Below are positions 18,015 through 25,838 of a stretch of 27,782 nucleotides of DNA, one piece after another. The notes beneath the pieces were generated by a model. It saw only the letters and a list, made by a program, of their open reading frames with translations, did no database searches and was not told the DNA's origin. Position numbers and translations under genes: made by a program. Each line of letters starts with the position of its first letter. Positions within the stretch are counted from its first letter, which is position 1. Source of the DNA: a virus (Duplodnaviria > Caudoviricetes); IMG/VR virus record IMGVR_UViG_3300032319_000806, positions 1-27,782 of that record; one strand, 5' to 3'.

Positions 18015-18532
18015 AATACGCATTAATATTGACATTTTTATTTAGTTCTTTAGTATTTGCTCAACGAGAAGAGGCTACAATAACAAGAACATTTGGAACG
18101 AACAGCGTTTATCCAAGACAATTTCCATCTTCAACGATAAGAAAAATGAATGATAATGAGTATTGGCTTTATGACACTCTTAATACAAATACTATTTTTC
18201 ATAGAATTTTTCCTACATATATAGTTCGCAAACAAAATACTTATACAATTTCTCAACAATGGGGAGTATATAGGACTTATGGAACAAATAGTGTTTATCC
18301 AAATCAATTTCCAGATAGATTTATATCTGATTTAAATTGGAGAAGTGAAACGAAAAATTACTCTTATACGAAACAGGAAAATCCATCAAATACCAGACTT
18401 CAAACAAATTCTACTATTGCACAAACTAGGCAATTCACTAGTCCTACGCATGATGTTAGCTCTAGTTATACTTATAGTAAAAGTTTAAGATCTGATCGAA
18501 AGGCTTCGTATTCAGCGGAAAGTCCAGAATAA
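18011..18532 (+). CDS. Secreted protein with three internal repeats
   Basis: Signal peptide MKYALILTFLFSSLVFA; repeats RTFGTNSVYPRQFP, DTLNTNTIFHRIFP and RTYGTNSVYPNQFP. Confidence 0.7.
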   Translation: MKYALILTFLFSSLVFAQREEATITRTFGTNSVYPRQFPSSTIRKMNDNEYWLYDTLNTNTIFHRIFPTYIVRKQNTYTISQQWGVYRTYGTNSVYPNQFPDRFISDLNWRSETKNYSYTKQENPSNTRLQTNSTIAQTRQFTSPTHDVSSSYTYSKSLRSDRKASYSAESPE

Positions 18533-18879
18533 TGATTGATGCATTTTTAATTTCATTTTTTAATGTATTTGCGCTATTGATATGGTTTCAAACTAGTGCT
18601 TTCACAGAGTATTTTAGACATATACCATTTACAGATAAGATTATCAAATCCTATCAAGAATCTATAAAAGCTGGCTTGAACATAGGTTTTATTAATTTTT
18701 TAAGTTTAAACTATGATTGTTTTCTCGTTAGATTAATAACTTGTCCATTTTGTTTAAATTTTTGGATTTCTATTGTTACAAGTTTTTTTGTAGGTTATGA
18801 ATTTTTTGCTTTAATTTATACCTCAAGTATGATATACTATAAGATAGTTAATATATTAACTAAATATGAGCGAAATTGA
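18532..18879 (+). CDS. Membrane protein with CxxC (DUF1360-like)
   Basis: Hydrophobic segments and LITCPFCLNFW. Confidence 0.6.
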   Translation: MIDAFLISFFNVFALLIWFQTSAFTEYFRHIPFTDKIIKSYQESIKAGLNIGFINFLSLNYDCFLVRLITCPFCLNFWISIVTSFFVGYEFFALIYTSSMIYYKIVNILTKYERN

Positions 18880-19171
18880 TAAAGACAAAGACATTCTTTT
18901 AATAGAACATCATTGGGAATTAGTAGTAATGGTGCATTCTTATAATTTAAAAGGAAACGATGGACAACTAAATGCATATGCAGATATATACAAAACAGTT
19001 GGACAAAAGCCAGATTGCCCATGCAACAAGAATCACATAGCATATTTAGACAATATAAAAGATAATCTAAATTCTTTTCTACTTCCAGAAGAGATCGAAA
19101 AGATAAAGAAAGAAGAGCAAGCTAAGATTGTTCATGTAAAAAAGAAAGACGGATCATTACTAGAATTTTAA
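18866..19171 (+). CDS. Hypothetical protein
   Basis: 101 aa ORF overlapping the upstream gene; contains CPC. Confidence 0.65.
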   Translation: MSEIDKDKDILLIEHHWELVVMVHSYNLKGNDGQLNAYADIYKTVGQKPDCPCNKNHIAYLDNIKDNLNSFLLPEEIEKIKKEEQAKIVHVKKKDGSLLEF

Positions 19172-19172
19172 T

Positions 19173-20279
19173 ATGAAAATACAATTCCAAGAAGCCCTTG
19201 GTTATGATGATATAACTTTACTTCCTAATTTCTCTGATATTTCCTCGAGAAAAGAAGTTAGCACAATTACAAAAATTTCAAAAAATAAATATATCGATAT
19301 TCCAATTGTACTATCTCCAATGGACACAGTATCATCTGTCAAATCTTGTATAAAAATAAATCAAATTGGTGGAGCAGGAGTGCTTCATAGATTCATGAGT
19401 GCAGAAGAGCAAGCTAGAAAAGCGAAGATCATCAAAGATCAAAGTAATTTCTGTATTAATGCCATAGGCTTAAAAGATTCACTAGAAAGAATTCGAACAT
19501 TATCAAAATATACTGATATTTTCTTTTTAGATACAGCTAATGGTTTAGCTAAGAGCGTTGAAGATTTTTTGATATGGTATAAACAATCTGAATATAAACA
19601 AGATATTATAGTTGGAAATACATTAACTAAAGCAAGTGTTCATAGGCTAGCAAACTTAAGAGCCGATGGTTTCAGACATCTTATTGGGCCAGGAAGTATG
19701 TGCTTAACTCAGATCAAAACTGGTATTGGATGCCCAAGTGTTACTGGTTTATCCTATGCTTGGAACGCCATAAGAAATTATCAATTAGCTAATTTAGATC
19801 ATTTTAGACAAGAAAATCCAAAAGAAGAAAATAGACCAAGCATTTTAGCTGATGGTGGAATCAGGAATCCAAGAGATTTAGCTAAAGCTATTGCTAGTGG
19901 AGCAGATGGAGTAATCTGCGGAAGAATATTTGCAGGACTAAGTGATGTAGTTGATGAAGAAAATATCATAGAAAAAGATGGTAAAAGATTTGCAGTATAT
20001 AGAGGTATGGCTAGTAAAGATGTGGTTGAGGATTATGAACTATATGATGGAAGCAAGAAAAATCTTTTTGTAGAAGGAGACAAAACCATGATTCCTTTGA
20101 TTGAGAATAAATCAATAGAAGATGTGGTTTATGATTTTGCAAATGGCTTAAGAAGCACTATGAGCTATCTTGGATTTAGAACTATCGAAGAAATGCGTGG
20201 AGGATTATGGACTGGTAAGATAATAGCAGTAAGAACTACTGCAAATAATATGTATGAAGCTTTTGCGCATGGGAAATAA
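19173..20279 (+). CDS. IMPDH/GMP reductase family enzyme without CBS domains; GMP reductase favoured
   Basis: YDDITLLP, SPMDTV, IGPGSMCLT catalytic Cys, ADGGI, YRGMAS, VEG, GLRSTMSYLG; no Arg-Tyr dyad in the flap. Confidence 0.85.
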   Translation: MKIQFQEALGYDDITLLPNFSDISSRKEVSTITKISKNKYIDIPIVLSPMDTVSSVKSCIKINQIGGAGVLHRFMSAEEQARKAKIIKDQSNFCINAIGLKDSLERIRTLSKYTDIFFLDTANGLAKSVEDFLIWYKQSEYKQDIIVGNTLTKASVHRLANLRADGFRHLIGPGSMCLTQIKTGIGCPSVTGLSYAWNAIRNYQLANLDHFRQENPKEENRPSILADGGIRNPRDLAKAIASGADGVICGRIFAGLSDVVDEENIIEKDGKRFAVYRGMASKDVVEDYELYDGSKKNLFVEGDKTMIPLIENKSIEDVVYDFANGLRSTMSYLGFRTIEEMRGGLWTGKIIAVRTTANNMYEAFAHGK

Positions 20280-20281
20280 TT

Positions 20282-20590
20282 ATGATTGGTATAGATATAG
20301 TAGATATTAATAGATTCAAAAATAAAAAATATTCTTTTTTAAGTAAAGTCTTTTCAAAGAAAGAAATTTCAGAAACTACGAAGTCAAACATATATCAAAA
20401 ATTAGCTGGAAAATGGGCAGCAAAAGAGGCGGCTTATAAAGCTGGATTAAAATATGCTAATAAAGAAATTGAAATCTTAACAAAAAATAATAAACCTTTC
20501 ATTTTTATAAATGGCAAACAAAGCTCTTATAAAGTTTCAATTAGTCATGAAAAAAGATATGCAACAGCTATAGTCATTAAATATGTTTAA
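20282..20590 (+). CDS. acpS: Holo-[acyl-carrier-protein] synthase (AcpS-type PPTase)
   Basis: GIDIVDINRF, LAGKWAAKEAAYKA, KP and VSISHE, all canonical AcpS motifs. Confidence 0.92.
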   Translation: MIGIDIVDINRFKNKKYSFLSKVFSKKEISETTKSNIYQKLAGKWAAKEAAYKAGLKYANKEIEILTKNNKPFIFINGKQSSYKVSISHEKRYATAIVIKYV

Positions 20591-21317
20591 TATATTCAAA
20601 AAAGATAAAGTAATTTTTAGCTGCATAGATAAAAAATTTTTAAATTTTTATCCACCGATTTATTCTAAAGATCTTAATAGAAATTTCATAAAAAAATGCA
20701 ATGAAGAATACAAGAAAAATATAGAAAATTTAAAAAATCCGATGTGTCCATTTGTAAAAGTATCAAATACAGCGAAATGTCCAGGGATTTTAGATATAAT
20801 TAATGCGGGATATATATTTAAAATGCATCGCGACATTAGAATAACTACAAATGGAAATCTTGTTGATTTTAAATGGGAATCTATTGGCAGAAAAATTAAT
20901 GAAAACACAGAATGTGTAAGTTACTTTACTACGCCTCAATTTTCTGATCATATACAAATTCCACCAAACTCATTAAAGACTTTAATAAAAATAAATTTAC
21001 CATGGATTATTAGTAGCTCAGATTATTGTTTTCTTCAAATGCAGCCTAGCTTTATTGAAGATTATAGATTTACAGTGGTACAAGGTATAATAAATCCAAA
21101 AAAAGCTCGAGAAGTTAATATCGTTCTATATTGGCATGTTTTAAATGGTTCTGAAATACTAACAGCTGGAACGCCAATATGTCAATTAATACCAATTCAA
21201 AAAAAACTTTTACCAAAGATGATTCTTAATGAAAATTCAAATACTTATCTTAAAGATATTGAAAATTTTAATTTTAAAAGGTTTATAACAAACAATAATA
21301 TAGAAAAAAATTTCTGA
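20583..21317 (+). CDS. Hypothetical beta-rich protein (possible distant dUTPase-like fold)
   Basis: KCPGILD..GY, KINLPW and AGTPICQLIP motifs. Confidence 0.6.
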   Translation: MFNIFKKDKVIFSCIDKKFLNFYPPIYSKDLNRNFIKKCNEEYKKNIENLKNPMCPFVKVSNTAKCPGILDIINAGYIFKMHRDIRITTNGNLVDFKWESIGRKINENTECVSYFTTPQFSDHIQIPPNSLKTLIKINLPWIISSSDYCFLQMQPSFIEDYRFTVVQGIINPKKAREVNIVLYWHVLNGSEILTAGTPICQLIPIQKKLLPKMILNENSNTYLKDIENFNFKRFITNNNIEKNF

Positions 21318-21318
21318 T

Positions 21319-21981
21319 ATGAAGACGGATATTTTGATTTTTTCAGATATTCATTTAGGATCAAAAGATTGTCATGCAGACAAACTTTTAAAAGTTTTAA
21401 AAAATATCAAAGCCAACAAAATAATTATTGCTGGCGATTTATTCGATCATCATAATCTACATAGACTTAAAAAAGAACACTGGAAAGTTCTTTCGAAATT
21501 AAGAAAGCTTTCTAAAAAATGCAAGATTATATATTTAATTGGTAATCACTGTTTTCTTAAGGCCGAATTTATGAGCATCTTATTAGGTTTTAAATGTGAG
21601 AATGATTATGCTTTAGAATATAATAAAACTAAAATCTTGGTTGTTCATGGGGATATATTTGATATATACTTTACAAAATATAAATGGATTACTAATATCA
21701 TAATTAAATGTTATTATTTTATTAGAAAATATACTCCATATGCAGATGATTTTTTTAAAATCTTTAAGAATAAAACGAATGATTTTGTAGAAAAAAGTTC
21801 TGATGTGAAAAAAAATGCTATAAAATATATAGAACTTAATGGATTTGATAAGATAATTTGTGGTCATACTCATATACCAGAGATATCTGACAACTATATA
21901 AATACTGGCAGTTTTTGCGAAGAAAAGTGCAGTTATGCAACAATTAATAAAAAAGGCAAAATAGATCTGGACTTTTGTTAA
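21319..21981 (+). CDS. Calcineurin-like metallophosphoesterase, LpxH-like
   Basis: SDIHLG, GDLFD, GNH, VHGD, CGHTH, YINTGS. Confidence 0.85.
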   Translation: MKTDILIFSDIHLGSKDCHADKLLKVLKNIKANKIIIAGDLFDHHNLHRLKKEHWKVLSKLRKLSKKCKIIYLIGNHCFLKAEFMSILLGFKCENDYALEYNKTKILVVHGDIFDIYFTKYKWITNIIIKCYYFIRKYTPYADDFFKIFKNKTNDFVEKSSDVKKNAIKYIELNGFDKIICGHTHIPEISDNYINTGSFCEEKCSYATINKKGKIDLDFC

Positions 21982-22002
21982 AATATAGGATAATATATAA
22001 AT

Positions 22003-22221
22003 ATGGACGCAACATTAAATAAAACAAAAGCAAACATTCTGAAAAGAATGATCGGTAAGAAAGTATTTGTTATTACAAATAGCATTACTCAAGAGGGTTA
22101 TTGTGGGTTAGTTAATAGAGTAGTTGACCACGAAACTTTAAATGTTTTTAACGATAAAAAAGAACAGAATGTTTCTATCTTTGATGTAAGAAGCCCAAGC
22201 AGATTATATAACTGCGAGTAA
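22003..22221 (+). CDS. Small hypothetical protein (possible Sm/SH3-like barrel)
   Basis: 72 aa; MIGKKVFV...YCGLV beta pattern; stop overlaps the purA start. Confidence 0.6.
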   Translation: MDATLNKTKANILKRMIGKKVFVITNSITQEGYCGLVNRVVDHETLNVFNDKKEQNVSIFDVRSPSRLYNCE

Positions 22222-23213
22222 TGATTAATGCAGTAGATATCATCTTTGGCTTATGCTGGGGAGATGAAGGCAAAGGTAAGATCTCTAATGCTTTATCTAG
22301 TAAATATGATTATGTGTGCAGATGGAATGGTGGACCCAATGCAGGTCACACAGTTTATTTAAATGGAAAAAAATACAAGACACATCTTATTCCTTCTGGA
22401 GTATTTCATAATAAGAAATCAATTATTGGTCCAAATTGCGTTATCAATATTGATAAGTTTTTTGATGAACTAGAATATCTTTCAAAAGAAGGTTTTGATA
22501 CGTCCTTAATTAAAGTTAGTCCTAAAACTCATATTATTACTGAAAGACATATTCAGTATGATCTTAAGTTTTTAAAACCAAAACTTGGAACGACTGGTCA
22601 AGGAATTGCTCCATGCTATTCCGATAAAGCCCTAAGAATAGGTAAACTTGCTAAAGATTATTTAGATAAAAAGTATATCTGGAACGGAGAGCTTGATGGG
22701 GATATTCTTTGTGAAGGTGCTCAAAGTTTTTGGTTAGATTTAAATTATGGCGATTATCCTTATGTTACAAGTAGTGAAACTTTACCTTATTCCGCTTGCT
22801 CTTTAGGCTTTAGCCCTAAAAAGATAAGAGATATTATTGGGGTAGCTAAAATTTATGATACCAAAAGCGGAGTTGATCCTCTATTTCCAGAGTCATTATG
22901 GTCAGATGACGAATTAAATAAAGTAATAGATTTAGGTAAAGAATATGGAACTACAACTGGTAGAAAAAGATTAGTTAATTGGCTTAATTTCAATAGATTA
23001 TTAAATGCTGTAAGGATATCTGGAACAACTAAATTAATAATCAATAAATGCGATATCCTGCAAGAGTTAAATATATTTAAAATTAGACTGGATAATGAAC
23101 TTGGCCCAAATTTTATTAAGTTTAATGATTTTGACAATATGAAAGAGTATATATCTAGAGAATTAAAAACTTATTGTGATGTAGTATTTTCTGGAGATAA
23201 GGAGAATATTTAA
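22221..23213 (+). CDS. purA: Adenylosuccinate synthetase, short form
   Basis: WGDEGKGK, GGPNAGHT, GTTGQGIAP, EGAQ, YPYVTSS, EYGTTTGRKR, NKCD. Confidence 0.92.
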   Translation: MINAVDIIFGLCWGDEGKGKISNALSSKYDYVCRWNGGPNAGHTVYLNGKKYKTHLIPSGVFHNKKSIIGPNCVINIDKFFDELEYLSKEGFDTSLIKVSPKTHIITERHIQYDLKFLKPKLGTTGQGIAPCYSDKALRIGKLAKDYLDKKYIWNGELDGDILCEGAQSFWLDLNYGDYPYVTSSETLPYSACSLGFSPKKIRDIIGVAKIYDTKSGVDPLFPESLWSDDELNKVIDLGKEYGTTTGRKRLVNWLNFNRLLNAVRISGTTKLIINKCDILQELNIFKIRLDNELGPNFIKFNDFDNMKEYISRELKTYCDVVFSGDKENI

Positions 23214-23225
23214 TATAATATTAAT

Positions 23226-23504
23226 ATGAAAACAGTAGATAACGAATTTATTAAGGGATTAATCCGTAAAGAGTTACTTAAAGAAAATCAAGGCGTAGAA
23301 ATTAATGATTCTACTATTCTAGAAGATTTGAACCTAGATTCTTTTGCGTTGCTGTCGATTGCTTCTGAAATAGAAGATAAATATGACTTCTGGTTAATTC
23401 AAAACGCTAAACAAATAGAAGAGATGAAAAATGGAATGAAAACCTTTGGTGAGTTTATTAGTTTTCTAAATGAAAAGGTAAACGATGCAACAAGGGCCAA
23501 GTAA
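23226..23504 (+). CDS. Acyl carrier protein-like protein
   Basis: Acidic 92-aa helical protein with LEDLNLDSFALLSIASEIEDKY (DS phosphopantetheine site) and KTFGEFISFL. Confidence 0.85.
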   Translation: MKTVDNEFIKGLIRKELLKENQGVEINDSTILEDLNLDSFALLSIASEIEDKYDFWLIQNAKQIEEMKNGMKTFGEFISFLNEKVNDATRAK

Positions 23505-23805
23505 AGAAGAAGCAAAAGAAAGACTTTATAAGATAGCTAGTCTTTTCGGAAAAGATAAATCTGATAAAAAGTTAAATGAATTAATGGATATTTATTATGC
23601 AAAACTTGATCAAATGCCAATTCCAAAGTCTAGAAGCGATAATACAAAATATGTATTAGAATGGATGAATGAAATAGAAGAAGATCCAGTTATTCACGAA
23701 GATAAGTGGTGGACACGAAACTCTTTATATGTGGCAGAAGCTAGTAGAACTGGATTTACAAAAGATGAATGGAAAAATTTAATGGAGTACATAACACATG
23801 GCTAA
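23485..23805 (+). CDS. Hypothetical protein
   Basis: 106 aa ORF overlapping both neighbours. Confidence 0.65.
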   Translation: MQQGPSKEEAKERLYKIASLFGKDKSDKKLNELMDIYYAKLDQMPIPKSRSDNTKYVLEWMNEIEEDPVIHEDKWWTRNSLYVAEASRTGFTKDEWKNLMEYITHG

Positions 23806-23989
23806 GAAAAAAAATACAAAAAAGAAAAAAATTGGAGCAAAAAAGAAGAAATATTATTTGCTAATATCAAAAAAAGACAATTTCCAATATGGAGTTTTCC
23901 CATATAGCAAAGAAGGACTAGCGAGAGCTAAACTATACTTAAACAAAATAACAGCTAAACCAGAACTGTACTCAATAAAATCTAAATGA
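23798..23989 (+). CDS. Small basic hypothetical protein
   Basis: Lys-rich N-terminus; ATGA coupling to the next gene. Confidence 0.6.
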   Translation: MAKKKNTKKKKIGAKKKKYYLLISKKDNFQYGVFPYSKEGLARAKLYLNKITAKPELYSIKSK

Positions 23990-24222
23990 ATAGTGTAATT
24001 CAAAATGTGAGCAATACAGAAGAAGCGTTAGCTTTGTGCTCAGAATTTAGCGATCAATATGGCGTTAGTGTTCATGAAGAGAATGTCATTGCAGTCTTTT
24101 TAAAAAGAAAGTATTATGAAGAACTTTGTAGGATTTTAGATCGAAAGGGTTTTTCTTTAGCTTCATTTGAAGCCTATGGTAAAAATGTTCTTATTCAATT
24201 TAGACCAAAAGTTAGAAAATGA
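23986..24222 (+). CDS. Hypothetical protein
   Basis: 78 aa with ATGA overlaps on both sides. Confidence 0.65.
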   Translation: MNSVIQNVSNTEEALALCSEFSDQYGVSVHEENVIAVFLKRKYYEELCRILDRKGFSLASFEAYGKNVLIQFRPKVRK

Positions 24223-24482
24223 ACGAGTTTTTAAGTTTAATAGAAAAAGCCCAAATTACTTTGGCATCTTCTGAATTTTTGGAGAAAAATGCTGAAGAAC
24301 AATTTAAGAAGATGGATCATTTAAATGCGTTACCTTGGAGTCCAGAAACTGAGGAAGAAATTAGAATAACAATGAATAAAATAAAGAATTTAATAGCTAA
24401 GAGCGAAATAGAGTATAAGAATTTAGCGGAAGTTGAAGCTCAAGTAAATAAATATATAAATAAAAAGCCTCGTAAGTCTTAA
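24219..24482 (+). CDS. Hypothetical helical protein
   Basis: 87 aa, coiled-coil-like, ATGA-coupled. Confidence 0.65.
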   Translation: MNEFLSLIEKAQITLASSEFLEKNAEEQFKKMDHLNALPWSPETEEEIRITMNKIKNLIAKSEIEYKNLAEVEAQVNKYINKKPRKS

Positions 24483-24493
24483 GGTTTACATCA

Positions 24494-24694
24494 GTGAATG
24501 AATTTAAATATAAAATCGGAGATAAAGTTAGATTTTTTTGCAAATACAGCAATGAAATATCGATTGGTGAAATTGTTAATATAAGATCTGCCAATTTGAA
24601 TTGGGATTATCAAGTAAGATATGAAATATGTATTGATTTAAATTATATTCAATGGATTGCGGAAGAATATATTGTTGATAAAATTAAAAAATAA
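24494..24694 (+). CDS. Small SH3/KOW-like hypothetical protein
   Basis: GTG start; KYKIGDKVRF...GEIVNI pattern. Confidence 0.55.
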   Translation: MNEFKYKIGDKVRFFCKYSNEISIGEIVNIRSANLNWDYQVRYEICIDLNYIQWIAEEYIVDKIKK

Positions 24695-24705
24695 TAATCT
24701 CTGGC

Positions 24706-25203
24706 TCACTTATTCTTCCAATTTTTACCTTGTGGATAATGAATATTAGTATGACAATGACTACAAACTAGAACACACTTTTCAGCTTCTACAAGAACTT
24801 TTTCCCAAGTTTTACTAGATAAGTTTTTTGTATTAACCTCAAACTCTTTTAAGGCTGGATCTAAATGATGAAAATGAAGATTATGGATGTTCTCATCATA
24901 TCCACATATAGTACATTTTCCTCCAAAAATTTCTACTAAATCTCTTTTTCTCTCATCTCTTCTTTTTTTACAGCTCTCTTGATAATGTTTCTTGTTGAAA
25001 GCTTTCTTTTCTTCTGTATTCATTATTTGATAATTTTTTGCAGATGTTTTGCTTAATGTTTTTGGTAAATGTATTTTACTCGTATTATGACTACCAATTG
25101 GAGAGCAAGTTGTACAATACTTTCTTCTTTGGGTATTTATTGTTTTGCCATTATGTTCGATCTTATTTGGAATATCTCTTTGGCAATTCAAACATTTACG
25201 CAT
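24706..25203 (-). CDS. Free-standing HNH endonuclease
   Basis: CLNC/CTTC zinc motifs and CTICGY...LHFHHLDP...KCVLVCSHCHTNIH; ATG at 25203 preferred. Confidence 0.85.
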   Translation of the reverse strand: MRKCLNCQRDIPNKIEHNGKTINTQRRKYCTTCSPIGSHNTSKIHLPKTLSKTSAKNYQIMNTEEKKAFNKKHYQESCKKRRDERKRDLVEIFGGKCTICGYDENIHNLHFHHLDPALKEFEVNTKNLSSKTWEKVLVEAEKCVLVCSHCHTNIHYPQGKNWKNK

Positions 25204-25210
25204 TCGAATT

Positions 25211-25239
25211 ATTATACCTTTAATTGTAATAAATAGCAA
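25211..25239 (-). promoter_or_regulatory. Sigma70-type promoter for HNH gene
   Basis: TTGCTA-N17-TATAAT-N7-ATG on the minus strand. Confidence 0.7.
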
Positions 25240-25247
25240 GTTTATAT

Positions 25248-25276
25248 TTGACAAAAGCTTATATTTAATATATCAT
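25248..25276 (+). promoter_or_regulatory. Sigma70-type promoter
   Basis: TTGACA-N17-TATCAT-N7-ATG(25284). Confidence 0.75.
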
Positions 25277-25283
25277 ATAATAT

Positions 25284-25469
25284 ATGAGGATTCTGTTATC
25301 TAAAATTTTATACTATATTGGTGACTTTATAAGTAGAACAACTATGGTATTGGGTAATGGATACGGATTTAAATTGTATAATAAAGTTATGCTTTGGAGC
25401 GTTGATTTAGATAAAGAAGGCAAAGTTTGGAAATATGTAAAGCCCAAAAAGAAAAAGAAGAAATCATGA
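25284..25469 (+). CDS. Small hypothetical protein
   Basis: 61 aa; follows a strong promoter; ATGA-coupled to the next gene. Confidence 0.6.
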   Translation: MRILLSKILYYIGDFISRTTMVLGNGYGFKLYNKVMLWSVDLDKEGKVWKYVKPKKKKKKS

Positions 25470-25756
25470 ATTGGATTAAGATTTTAAATTTTATTGATGG
25501 AGTTTTTCCACAGGAAGAAATTAAATTAAAGTTAGGCACACTATACAAAATAAAAGGTGAAGATTTGCCATTTAGACATATAGAATATTCTAGAACAGAT
25601 AATGGAAATAAATTATATAGGTTTAAGCATCATCAATTAAAAGAATATGCATTTTCTTCTTTAGATAAAGTCGAAAGAGAAGCTAATCCAGAAGAAGTAA
25701 GATTATATAATTTAATTAAAAATCACATTAATAGTGTGGCAGAAAATAATAATTAA
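25466..25756 (+). CDS. Hypothetical protein
   Basis: ATG at 25466 (ATGA overlap) preferred over 25427. Confidence 0.65.
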   Translation: MNWIKILNFIDGVFPQEEIKLKLGTLYKIKGEDLPFRHIEYSRTDNGNKLYRFKHHQLKEYAFSSLDKVEREANPEEVRLYNLIKNHINSVAENNN

Positions 25757-25761
25757 AATTT

Positions 25762-25833
25762 TGCCTAATAGCACAACGGTAGTGTGCTTCACTGTTAATG
25801 AAGATGTTCTAGGTTCAAATCCTAGTTAGGCAG
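25762..25833 (+). tRNA. tRNA-Asn (GTT), CCA not encoded
   Basis: Acceptor TGCCTAA/TTAGGCA, anticodon arm CTTCA-CTGTTAA-TGAAG, T arm CTAGG-TTCAAAT-CCTAG, discriminator G. Confidence 0.93.
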
Positions 25834-25838
25834 TATAT

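Noticed and set aside
22221-23213. PurZ / 2-aminoadenine (Z) genome system
   Set aside because: The catalytic Asp of PurA is retained (GDEGKG) where PurZ has Ser, and no DatZ- or MazZ-like gene is recognisable in the window.
9828-25223. Short track ORFs (9828, 11136, 15098, 16391, 17577, 18837, 20660, 21613, 22853, 24397, 25038)
   Set aside because: They overlap better-supported genes on the opposite strand.
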